From positions 1 to 24,566 of IMG/VR virus record IMGVR_UViG_3300037422_000054: DNA of 24,566 nt. One strand, written 5' to 3'. A program made the translations under genes and the position numbers. This document shows positions 9,450 through 17,309 of this stretch, one piece after another. The notes beneath the pieces were generated by a model, which did not search any database, was not told the DNA's origin, and worked only from the letters and a program-made list of their open reading frames with translations. Source of the DNA: a virus. Lineage: Duplodnaviria > Caudoviricetes. Within the stretch, counting starts at the first letter, position 1, and each line of letters starts with the position of its first letter.

Positions 9450-9770
9450 TTATTTATTGTTATTATGAGTTTCGATATTTACTTGCGTTTGATTTGATTT
9501 TTTATCTTCGGCTACTTTAGGTTCGATTGATTTTTTGTCCTTACCTGATGGTGATTTAGTTTCCTTGTCGTTATTAGCTGTCGCTGATAATTTTTTCTTA
9601 TCCTCATCAATTTTATTCTTAAATTCTTCAGGTATTTTAGCAACAGAAGGAACAATAATTAAATTATGTTCCGACATATACGATGCATTCTTAGCAAGTT
9701 TTTCGATGATTTGAAATTTTCGCCCACCGTCTTTTCGTTGTACAGTTGTGTACGTTTTCTTTTTTTCCAT
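9450..9770 (-). CDS. Lys-rich hypothetical protein
   Basis: 106-aa ORF, low-complexity C-terminal half, 1 nt from the scaffold start. Confidence 0.7.
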   Translation of the reverse strand: MEKKKTYTTVQRKDGGRKFQIIEKLAKNASYMSEHNLIIVPSVAKIPEEFKNKIDEDKKKLSATANNDKETKSPSGKDKKSIEPKVAEDKKSNQTQVNIETHNNNK

Positions 9771-9800
9771 GTTAGTTTTTATTTGTGTTACAAAATAGGG

Positions 9801-10769
9801 TTACAAATTTAATAATTTTTTTTGCTTTTCGCTTGGTTTAAAATAACCTTTTTCAATGGCACGATTAAGGACTGTCTTAGGAACGCTAATTAATGACTTC
9901 GGTGCAAGTGAATGTTTGCAATTATAACCACCGAGCCAGTTGAATATGTTCGATGAATTTGTTCCCCGATATTTACCCTGCCAATCTTTGCCACATTCTT
10001 TAGCTGCTGATAGGTCGGACGTTCCTTCAAACCCCTCTGTTATATCACCACTACCCCATGCCTCGATTTCTTTTTTATGGAAATACTTACCGTTTCTTAC
10101 TTCGCAAAAACAACGAGTAGTATCTAATTCACCACCTAAATACTGATAAAATTCAACCCCGATTTCATTTGAAATTGTAGTTGTATAAACCCTGTCAGTT
10201 ACCGATAAGGCGTCACTCGCTATTTGTTTCGTATATCTTTGTAGCTTTCCTTCGTATTGCGGTGTTCCGATTATAGTTTCGTTGAGGTTTTTTACAAGCT
10301 GTTGTAATGTAGTTTCCTGCGTAACCGCATCGAGTATTGTGTTCTTAACGGGCTGCAAAAAATTAGCGTCAATAGACGACTGACCGATTAATAATTCAGC
10401 GGCTTTCGTTCGTTGTAATTTATAAACCTCATCAGCAAGTTTTGAACGCTCGAATCCATCAATGGTTTTCTGCATAAACTCATTGGTGAGTTTAGCGGCT
10501 TGATCCATATTCGTAAGCAACTCCTTAACAGCCGAAAAATACTCGCCTTTCGTGAGTGATATTTCGAGTTTTTTATTTATTTCTTCAATGAGAGAAATAT
10601 TTTTTAAGGAAACTTTTATTTTGTTTCCATCTAACTCTAATTTCTCGGTAAGTTTTAAGGCTTCTTTTAATAATTTCAACTGCTCCTTTTCAACCGATGT
10701 ATTAAATTTCTCCGGTGACTTTTCGAGTATTGAAATTTTTTCTTTAAGTAGTTGCTCCGCTGTTGGCAT
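9801..10769 (-). CDS. minor head protein (Mu gpF/SPP1 gp7-like)
   Basis: YLGGELDTTRCFC and GGYNCKHSL Cys/His motifs; immediately downstream of the portal. Confidence 0.8.
   Translation of the reverse strand: MPTAEQLLKEKISILEKSPEKFNTSVEKEQLKLLKEALKLTEKLELDGNKIKVSLKNISLIEEINKKLEISLTKGEYFSAVKELLTNMDQAAKLTNEFMQKTIDGFERSKLADEVYKLQRTKAAELLIGQSSIDANFLQPVKNTILDAVTQETTLQQLVKNLNETIIGTPQYEGKLQRYTKQIASDALSVTDRVYTTTISNEIGVEFYQYLGGELDTTRCFCEVRNGKYFHKKEIEAWGSGDITEGFEGTSDLSAAKECGKDWQGKYRGTNSSNIFNWLGGYNCKHSLAPKSLISVPKTVLNRAIEKGYFKPSEKQKKLLNL
9804..9811 (-). promoter_or_regulatory. possible Bacteroidota -7 promoter element for the scaffold/capsid genes
   Basis: TAAATTTG matches TAnnTTTG, 33 nt upstream of ATG 9770; may be chance in AT-rich DNA. 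Confidence 0.35.
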
Positions 10770-11001
10770 CTAATACCTTTGTTTGTTTTGCTATTTGTTG
10801 CAACTGTTTTTCATCAGGTGCTTCAATCAATTTCTTAGCAATATCTTCATTGAATCCGTAAATTTCCATAAGCAATAATTCGGCTGATGCTTCTGACATT
10901 GTTCCTGCCTGTACCGCTGCATTGATTCCGATAATTCCTTCTACACCACCAACTGTTCCACGTAATTTCGCTTTTGCTTCTGCTTCTGCATCTACAACGC
11001 C
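10744..11001 (-). CDS. 85-aa -1-frame C-terminal extension of the portal (frameshift or single-base indel)
   Basis: GVVDAEAEAKAKLRGTVGGVEGIIGINAAVQAGTMSEASAELLLMEIYGFNEDIAKKLIEAP...SGATT. No start codon at its 5' end; begins in the GGGGAGGGGG run; fills the 222-nt gap. Confidence 0.65.
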   Translation of the reverse strand, partial: GVVDAEAEAKAKLRGTVGGVEGIIGINAAVQAGTMSEASAELLLMEIYGFNEDIAKKLIEAPDEKQLQQIAKQTKVLDANSGATT

Positions 11002-12857
11002 CCCTCCCCTAATGATTCAACGGCACTTCCGATTGCAACAGGATTCAATTCATTAGCTTTTGCCTGTGCTTTTTCAACTAACATTTTCTTTTGTTCTTCA
11101 ATAGTTTTATCAAAGAATTTTTCATCCTCCATTTTCAATTCCTTAACAAAATAGAATGCCGAATCGTGAAGAATTTTCTCCCATTTCTGAACCGTATTAT
11201 TTAAAATGCCAGTAGAAATCTGAACGTCCATTTGTGTTAAAAGTCTATCGGCTTCGGAAATCAATACGAATGCAGCGTTAGTTTCCGGTTCTGTATAAAA
11301 TAACGTTGAAAGGAATCTGTAAATAAGCGGATAAATAACCGATGGTGGCATTCCTGCATCCATAGACTGTTTAATCTGCGCAATATAATCCTGTTCGGTT
11401 AAGAACTCGAATGTTATCGGATAAACGAAATGAGGGGCTTTAAACGATTGCCCGTAACGCATCTCTCCTGTTACTTTATAAATCCATTCCCACGTCTGAA
11501 ACATCTCATCGGAAATAGGTTTAATAAACGAATACAACGTTTTCTGGTCGATGTATTTTCCGGTTGCTGTTTCCGAATCCGAACCTTGTGCATTTGTGTT
11601 GGTGTTGTAAATATGCGCTATACCTCTTGCCCGTGCCTCATCATCTGCAATTTTCTTCATCAAAAATTCAAGCGTGGATAATTCAGGTGACACGTATTTA
11701 AACGCAGCGTCCGGTGAAATCTCACCATTCGGATTATCACGTCCAGATGGTTTTAAAAGTATTGTTCCAAGCGGTGAAATACGGGTTTTAAGCCCCGAAC
11801 CATTACAAGCCAGACAGGTTTTTTCAATGTGAACTTCCTTATCGTAATAGCTTATAATTCCATTCGAGCAACGATGTTCACCTTCCTTGAAATCACATTC
11901 GTTACCTATCATGATACGGACAGGATAAACGCAATGGTTAATTGACATCTGTAAATTCGATGAGTTCAAAAGAACCAAATCCAATGAATCAACGCAATAT
12001 AAAAACGGTGACTGATAATAAACTTTATATTCATCAACAACCGGAATACCTTTTAATCTACGCGCAGGAACATATCCAAGCGCATGATTATAATATAGAA
12101 TAATCTCAAATTGAAATTCTGTTTTCTTTCCGATTTGTTTTACGAACCAAATATTTTGCTCATCATAAACTTCGAAAATCATTCCATCTTCACAGTCCTG
12201 ATTGCCGTGTTTTACGATAGTTTTTTGACGGGATAAATATATATAAAATTTATTTTCTTTAAATTTCACCAACTGTTTAACCGTGAAATAATTTATCATC
12301 GGCTCAACTGGAATAGAATCATCGAAACGAAACACACCTTCGGGAGTTAGGACGGGATTACCCTCCGAATCTCTCATTATAGGAATCTCTTTCGGACGCA
12401 TTGCCAACATTCCCATCGGGTCTTTCGACTTAATTACAGGTAAAACTTCCTTTTCAAATTCTTCAACAGATCCGTAAACAGGAAATTCTTTTTCCACATA
12501 CTTTTGAAAGTCCTCATCCGAATAGTGAATCGCCCAATTGCCGTCATTAAATGAACGTTTCAATTGATTGACGTAATCGATAAAAACAGGTAGAGTTGTT
12601 TGTTTGTAGTTTTGTTTTACATACTCAAATTCATCGGGCTGTTGGTTCGGGCTACGTTTTAAGAATAATTTATCAGGAAATTTTCCTTTCTCAGCATGGA
12701 TACAAATACTATCGAACTGATCGCATAACTCATTATATCCTTCATAAAATTCGGGATAATGATATTTATTATCAGGTTTGTTTTTGTGGTATTCAAACCC
12801 TTTAATTTTTTTTACTATCGAATCAATTTCCGATTGTATCTGTGCGGGTGTGAGCAT
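10992..12857 (-). CDS. portal protein with zinc-finger-like insertion
   Basis: 621 aa upstream of the gpF-like protein, scaffold and capsid; HALGYVPA motif resembles HxxGxVP of SPP1-like portals; internal CLACNGSG. Confidence 0.8.
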   Translation of the reverse strand: MLTPAQIQSEIDSIVKKIKGFEYHKNKPDNKYHYPEFYEGYNELCDQFDSICIHAEKGKFPDKLFLKRSPNQQPDEFEYVKQNYKQTTLPVFIDYVNQLKRSFNDGNWAIHYSDEDFQKYVEKEFPVYGSVEEFEKEVLPVIKSKDPMGMLAMRPKEIPIMRDSEGNPVLTPEGVFRFDDSIPVEPMINYFTVKQLVKFKENKFYIYLSRQKTIVKHGNQDCEDGMIFEVYDEQNIWFVKQIGKKTEFQFEIILYYNHALGYVPARRLKGIPVVDEYKVYYQSPFLYCVDSLDLVLLNSSNLQMSINHCVYPVRIMIGNECDFKEGEHRCSNGIISYYDKEVHIEKTCLACNGSGLKTRISPLGTILLKPSGRDNPNGEISPDAAFKYVSPELSTLEFLMKKIADDEARARGIAHIYNTNTNAQGSDSETATGKYIDQKTLYSFIKPISDEMFQTWEWIYKVTGEMRYGQSFKAPHFVYPITFEFLTEQDYIAQIKQSMDAGMPPSVIYPLIYRFLSTLFYTEPETNAAFVLISEADRLLTQMDVQISTGILNNTVQKWEKILHDSAFYFVKELKMEDEKFFDKTIEEQKKMLVEKAQAKANELNPVAIGSAVESLGEGAL

Positions 12858-12952
12858 TACGCAGCTTTTTTAAGTTCAGGTAATTTAATAATTACACATC
12901 TGCGTCCTTTACCACAGGCAGAGTTTGTAGGGATGAGTTGTATTGTTTTCAT
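12857..12952 (-). CDS. 31-aa basic micro-protein with two Cys
   Basis: MKTIQLIPTNSACGKGRRCVIIKLPELKKAA; ATGA overlap with the methyltransferase stop and TAATG overlap with the portal start. Confidence 0.65.
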   Translation of the reverse strand: MKTIQLIPTNSACGKGRRCVIIKLPELKKAA

Positions 12953-13608
12953 GGCATACAAATTATATCAAATTGAACATCTGAAAATCCTTGTTCGGGA
13001 TAAATATTCCTACAAATATAACCTAAAGTCCTTAAATAATTAAAAACTTCTTCAAAACTTGTCCCTGAACGATGCAAAGCTGGTTTATTTATCTCAATAA
13101 GCATAATCGGTCGGTGCTGTTCGATAGTGTTTTTCGCTCCTTTAAGTATTTTCAATTCATACCCTTCGGCATCAATCTTGATAAAATTAGGTTTGAAATC
13201 GAAGCTATCTAAAGTCCTTGTGAGATAACCCGTTGAGGTGGTATCGTGCGAAATGTAAGCCATTCCGTAGTTTTGATTGTCATTAATCATCTGCACAAAC
13301 TCTTCCTTATCCGAAAGTGGTGTTCTGTAACGGATTATTTTCGGGTCGTTCTTAGTATTGTGTTCAAGGCAAACATAAGCCATCGGATTCGGTTCAAAAC
13401 AAATAACCTTTGATGCTAATTTTGAATAAAAAACAGAATGGTCTCCTATGTATGCACCGATGTCAATAACCGTATCTGTCGGTTTAATAAACTCCTTTAA
13501 TAACGGCAACATATTCTGGTCGTGGTCTAATCGTCCCGATTCTAAAACCCATTTTGAAATATGTGTATCATTCGGGATAACTGCTATGCCGTTTTTTAAT
13601 ATTCTCAT
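12949..13608 (-). CDS. FkbM-family SAM-dependent methyltransferase
   Basis: VIDIGAYIG, FEPNP, FIKIDAEGYELKILKGA and IE motifs. Confidence 0.92.
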   Translation of the reverse strand: MRILKNGIAVIPNDTHISKWVLESGRLDHDQNMLPLLKEFIKPTDTVIDIGAYIGDHSVFYSKLASKVICFEPNPMAYVCLEHNTKNDPKIIRYRTPLSDKEEFVQMINDNQNYGMAYISHDTTSTGYLTRTLDSFDFKPNFIKIDAEGYELKILKGAKNTIEQHRPIMLIEINKPALHRSGTSFEEVFNYLRTLGYICRNIYPEQGFSDVQFDIICMP

Positions 13609-14300
13609 CCTATTAAATTTTCAATTTGTTCCTTAAACCCATCCACACCCTCCTTATGCCAACTCCAAAGCTGCTCACAAACCTTCTCCGGTATAAAATC
13701 ATCGGTGTCAAATATAGAATAGTTTTCCTGTTCATTCAATTCAATGAACTGTCCGATGAAATTGAACTCTGAAAATTCTCTGTTCGGTTGTTTCATTATG
13801 TATGATTCAACCGGAAAATCAATCGATATATTTACGAGTGTTGAACGCTTATACATACACGGAATCCTTCGCATCCATTCATATTCCGAACGCTTACCGA
13901 TTGCCCGTTCAGTTATCGACTGCCAACACTTCGCCTGATCGTCAAGTTTTGAATATTTCGTTTTAAGTAAAATCGGTTTACCATCCTTCGTAAAATCTTC
14001 AGGTGTACATTCTTTAAAAAATATACAATCTGAATCTACGAATAGAATATTTTCAGACAAACAAACATGATGCGCTTGTAATTTACAAACCTGTTGCCAC
14101 ATATAACCATCGCCACGTTTAACAGTTGTAAATATTTTTTCCTTCGTTAAATTCCAAGTTAATAACTCATCGTAATCGTTTGCATCAACTACAATTATAA
14201 CGTTCTCAAATCCCTTGCAAAACTTACTAATCGATTGCAAACAATATTTTAAGAACGGAAAATCCTTTGCGTAGGTTTTTATGTATATGTCGGTGGTCAT
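13605..14300 (-). CDS. GT-A fold glycosyltransferase-like protein (DUF6492-like)
   Basis: N-terminal IYIKTY..D...L..CLQSI, GYMWQQVCKL and ILFVDSD (DXD) motifs. Confidence 0.75.
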   Translation of the reverse strand: MTTDIYIKTYAKDFPFLKYCLQSISKFCKGFENVIIVVDANDYDELLTWNLTKEKIFTTVKRGDGYMWQQVCKLQAHHVCLSENILFVDSDCIFFKECTPEDFTKDGKPILLKTKYSKLDDQAKCWQSITERAIGKRSEYEWMRRIPCMYKRSTLVNISIDFPVESYIMKQPNREFSEFNFIGQFIELNEQENYSIFDTDDFIPEKVCEQLWSWHKEGVDGFKEQIENLIG

Positions 14301-14319
14301 GGTTGTTGTTTTATATCTA

Positions 14320-14466
14320 TTAATACTTGCTCAAAAAGAACATCATTATAATATGAGGTTGGATAATATATTTTATATCATAAAAAAAACATTCCCATGT
14401 TATAGATAAATTATCTTTTTTCTTTTTCCAAAAAATTCTACGCCTTAATATAAAATTACGAATCAT
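14320..14466 (-). CDS. possible 48-aa hypothetical protein
   Basis: ATG 2 nt after the upstream stop; MIRNFILRRRIFWKKKKDNLSITWECFFYDIK...; very AT-rich. Confidence 0.35.
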   Translation of the reverse strand: MIRNFILRRRIFWKKKKDNLSITWECFFYDIKYIIQPHIIMMFFLSKY

Positions 14467-14468
14467 AT

Positions 14469-15164
14469 CTACAAATAATTAGTCGCTGCGTCTAACATTC
14501 TGTAACATCTATCCGATGCCTGTGCTGATGAAATACCTGGCTGATTCATTAACCATGCACAATGTTTACCGAGTATTTCCCATTGCGATGAATTGTATTG
14601 AACCGGATGTTCCTTGTGATAAATAACCGGCTTACTTGTTATACTCACAAGCGGAATCCCTGTTGAATAAAACGCAAACGGATACCATATATCCCAATGA
14701 GTAGCACCCATAAAAAATAAACTGCTTGGTATGTCTTTACATTTTCCCTTTGGAATTAGTATAGCATCAACACCTAATTTATAAATTTTAGCTTTCAATT
14801 TATCGGTAGTATAATCCCAACGATGTAAATACAGGCATGATTTTTCCGCATACGATTTTATTATTTCAATTATTTTTTTGTCTTCTGTAATTTCAATATC
14901 CGAATTAATCAACATCACAGGCTCATTATAATCACAAGCCAAATCAATAAGATCATCAATATAAACATAATATTTCTGAAATGACGGGCGGGCGGTTCGG
15001 GTGGTTGACTTAAACTCGACATCTTTAAATGTATTTTTTATTGCTTCAATTTCATTCGGATGATTTAACGATATAACTTTTCCATGTACTAACCACGATT
15101 TAACAGCATCAATTTGCTGTTGCATATTTATGTGTTTAGGCGATATGCTGGTTAATAAAATCAT
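14469..15164 (-). CDS. GT-A fold glycosyltransferase-like protein
   Basis: VMLINSDI (NXD variant of DXD), GVDAIL, MGATHWDIW and C-terminal YHKEH motifs; ATGA-coupled to the upstream GT. Confidence 0.65.
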   Translation of the reverse strand: MILLTSISPKHINMQQQIDAVKSWLVHGKVISLNHPNEIEAIKNTFKDVEFKSTTRTARPSFQKYYVYIDDLIDLACDYNEPVMLINSDIEITEDKKIIEIIKSYAEKSCLYLHRWDYTTDKLKAKIYKLGVDAILIPKGKCKDIPSSLFFMGATHWDIWYPFAFYSTGIPLVSITSKPVIYHKEHPVQYNSSQWEILGKHCAWLMNQPGISSAQASDRCYRMLDAATNYL

Positions 15165-16018
15165 CCCTTTGAATTAGTTATTTTCGCTCTCATTAAATAA
15201 TCCTTTTTATACCATTGCTGTCCGGTTTCTTTTGCAATTACTTTCATGCAACGATCGTAATACTCCCAATACATTTGTTTCGTTAATGTGCTTCCATTAC
15301 CGTTTCCATGTAAAGACATTAAATAAAAGTTTCGATCAATCTCTCCGAGTGAATCAATATAATTTATCCCGTAAAACATCGGCTTACTATTATAACGAGC
15401 ATCAATTTTATTCTTGCTTAGTATAGCAGAAAAAAACAATTCATCAGGTAAATATTTTCCCCATTGTGATTTAAGTTTTTGTTTCGGAAATCCTTTCTTC
15501 CAATAGAAACGAATCTCTTTTAAAAACTGATTTAATTCTTTTCCTTTCTTTGCAAACATCCAACTGGTTTGAGTAGAAATAAAATCATTCTCCTTTGGTA
15601 TATTAAAAAAATCATAACTTATTTCATGTTCCGCCCAAATATCATATTCTATTTTTGAACCGTATTTTCCCCGCCCGAAAATGTCGCACATGAAAAAATT
15701 ATTCTGTTTTATTAAATCATTTATTAGCGGTTGAATGTCTTTGGTGCAATAGGAATCAGCATCAATGTAAAGAGTATTATCAAAAGGCAAATCACTAAGG
15801 CAATTAATCTTATTATAACCCGGCTCATAGTCCGGTTGAAATTCTTTAAGAATATCAGCCCCTGCCAATTCATATTTTACAAAATCTTGTGGTGAATGAT
15901 AGATTGCAACTTTAACGTTTTTATTCTTATGCTTAATTGACAAACATAAATTAAAAGCTGCATAGTGATAACCTCTATCGCCAAACGCGAGAATTAAAAT
16001 ACCGTTTGATTTTTCCAT
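15161..16018 (-). CDS. nucleotide-diphospho-sugar transferase (GT-A)
   Basis: GILILAFG, PFDNTLYIDAD (DXD) and PDELFF motifs. Confidence 0.8.
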   Translation of the reverse strand: MEKSNGILILAFGDRGYHYAAFNLCLSIKHKNKNVKVAIYHSPQDFVKYELAGADILKEFQPDYEPGYNKINCLSDLPFDNTLYIDADSYCTKDIQPLINDLIKQNNFFMCDIFGRGKYGSKIEYDIWAEHEISYDFFNIPKENDFISTQTSWMFAKKGKELNQFLKEIRFYWKKGFPKQKLKSQWGKYLPDELFFSAILSKNKIDARYNSKPMFYGINYIDSLGEIDRNFYLMSLHGNGNGSTLTKQMYWEYYDRCMKVIAKETGQQWYKKDYLMRAKITNSKG

Positions 16019-16025
16019 GTTGATT

Positions 16026-16054
16026 CAAAAGTAATAAAAAAAATAAACCCTCAA
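16026..16054 (-). promoter_or_regulatory. Bacteroidota housekeeping-sigma promoter for the GT/head operon
   Basis: TTG-N18-TACTTTTG (TAnnTTTG at 16026-16033), ending 7 nt before ATG 16018. Confidence 0.6.
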
Positions 16055-16071
16055 TTTATATCGAGGGTTTA
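16034..16071 (-). terminator. intrinsic terminator after the putative major tail gene
   Basis: TAAACCCTC-N10-GAGGGTTTA followed by T8. Confidence 0.8.
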
Positions 16072-16083
16072 AGTTCTTAATCT

Positions 16084-16620
16084 TTAATCAAAGATTCCGG
16101 CAGGAACATCAGTAATCTGCGGATTAGCGATGGATTTCCATTTGAAAGTCCCCTCGAAACGGATAAACTCCGAATCGTTGTTAGGAACTATCAATGAACC
16201 TGAAGCCTTAATGTTTTCATCAATAAAAAGAACCTTATCTGCTGCGCATAGGTGAACAATCAAGCCACCGATAGCACGTCCGTTGAATACTTGGTCGTAA
16301 AATCCAACGTTTGTTGAATTAACGTTACCATCTATCAACGACATCGTTCTGTCGTAGTTAACTGTTACCTGTGGACGACAAGCAATAAGGGAATCAACTT
16401 CAACAGCTGATCCAGCATCTAATCCAACACGAATGTTCTGAATTAGTTTTGCCTTGCCTGAAGTGATGTTGTCGTTTATCTGTGTAGCATTCGAAGCATC
16501 TGTAATTGTGTGTCCGCAATCTAAGACGATAATCTGGTCAGAACCGCCTTGTAGTGCAACCTCACAATCATTTAACAAATGGTCGGAAAGCTCATCACAG
16601 TTGTATGAAGGACAAGCCAT
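16084..16620 (-). CDS. putative major tail (tube) protein
   Basis: 178 aa, acidic, beta-rich, with its own promoter and terminator suggesting high expression. No diagnostic motif. Confidence 0.5.
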   Translation of the reverse strand: MACPSYNCDELSDHLLNDCEVALQGGSDQIIVLDCGHTITDASNATQINDNITSGKAKLIQNIRVGLDAGSAVEVDSLIACRPQVTVNYDRTMSLIDGNVNSTNVGFYDQVFNGRAIGGLIVHLCAADKVLFIDENIKASGSLIVPNNDSEFIRFEGTFKWKSIANPQITDVPAGIFD

Positions 16621-16693
16621 GATAATTATGTGTTATGGTTTTTCCCTGATAATTATGCCATCGGGACTATGCAACTTAAAATACTCGGCATGG

Positions 16694-16701
16694 CAAATAT
16701 A
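16694..16701 (-). promoter_or_regulatory. Bacteroidota -7 promoter element
   Basis: TATATTTG matches TAnnTTTG, just after a terminator and 73 nt upstream of ATG 16620. Confidence 0.6.
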
Positions 16702-16711
16702 CAAATTATTT

Positions 16712-16741
16712 AAACAAAAAACCCCGAATATTATTCGAGGC
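16712..16741 (-). terminator. intrinsic terminator ending the tail-tip operon
   Basis: Minus strand GCCTCGAAT-AAT-ATTCGGGGT followed by TTTTTGTTT. Confidence 0.75.
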
Positions 16742-16789
16742 TCTCTGTGATTGTGTGGTAGGATGGGAAAAGAACGATCGTGAATATAG

Positions 16790-17299
16790 TTATATTTTAA
16801 ATATCTTAAATAGTGCCTCAACAACCACAGTTGAATCACCTAATGTCGGGTCGCTACCGTTTACGAATACCTCGACTCCGGTATTCTCGTTTTCTTCGTT
16901 ATTAGTTACACCTGTACGATTTGCGCGATGTCGAACGGTTGATGCTGATGTAAGGAATCCGTTAACGAATCCACCAATGAAATCAGCCTCCGCATCGCCA
17001 ATATATTTGAATCTCAAATTACCAGCCGATGTATATGCTGTTGTTCCGAAGGTAAGTGAAGCTGAAGCAAACAATAACTCAACGGCTGTTCCTGCCCCCT
17101 GTGCCGCGATTATCTCAACCGGTGTCGAGTTAATAGACAGAATATCGGATGATGTTAGGTTTATTCGCGCATTGAAAAGTCCGTTACCTAAGTTAGTTAC
17201 CTCGATGGATTTATAAACATCACCACGTTGAATGAGAACCAAGTCCGTAGGCTCTACTTCCGTTACAAGTGAATACTGTGATATGGATTTTTCTGACAT
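16790..17299 (-). CDS. putative structural (fibre/decoration-like) protein
   Basis: 169 aa; short N-terminal KSISQY...DLVLIQR module of the type seen at fibre N-termini, then a beta-rich domain. Confidence 0.5.
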   Translation of the reverse strand: MSEKSISQYSLVTEVEPTDLVLIQRGDVYKSIEVTNLGNGLFNARINLTSSDILSINSTPVEIIAAQGAGTAVELLFASASLTFGTTAYTSAGNLRFKYIGDAEADFIGGFVNGFLTSASTVRHRANRTGVTNNEENENTGVEVFVNGSDPTLGDSTVVVEALFKIFKI

Positions 17300-17309
17300 G
17301 GTATTTTTT

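Noticed and set aside
10941-10994. TAG readthrough or amber recoding at the portal stop
   Set aside because: The zero frame hits another TAG after 16 codons, the protein-like continuation is in the -1 frame, and other genes are intact under the standard code.
10989-11010. prfB-like +1 frameshift (AGGGGG...TTG TAG A)
   Set aside because: The +1 frame gives an Arg/Ser/Trp-rich, non-protein-like sequence that stops before the next gene, and tRNA re-pairing is poor.
12949-16018. Host LPS/capsule locus or gtrABC-type serotype conversion cassette
   Set aside because: There is no flippase, polymerase, membrane GT or sugar-synthesis gene, and the block is co-oriented with and coupled to the portal. 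DNA modification is not excluded.
16633-16839. 68-aa minus-strand ORF
   Set aside because: It spans a terminator, promoter and leader, and has no protein-like features.
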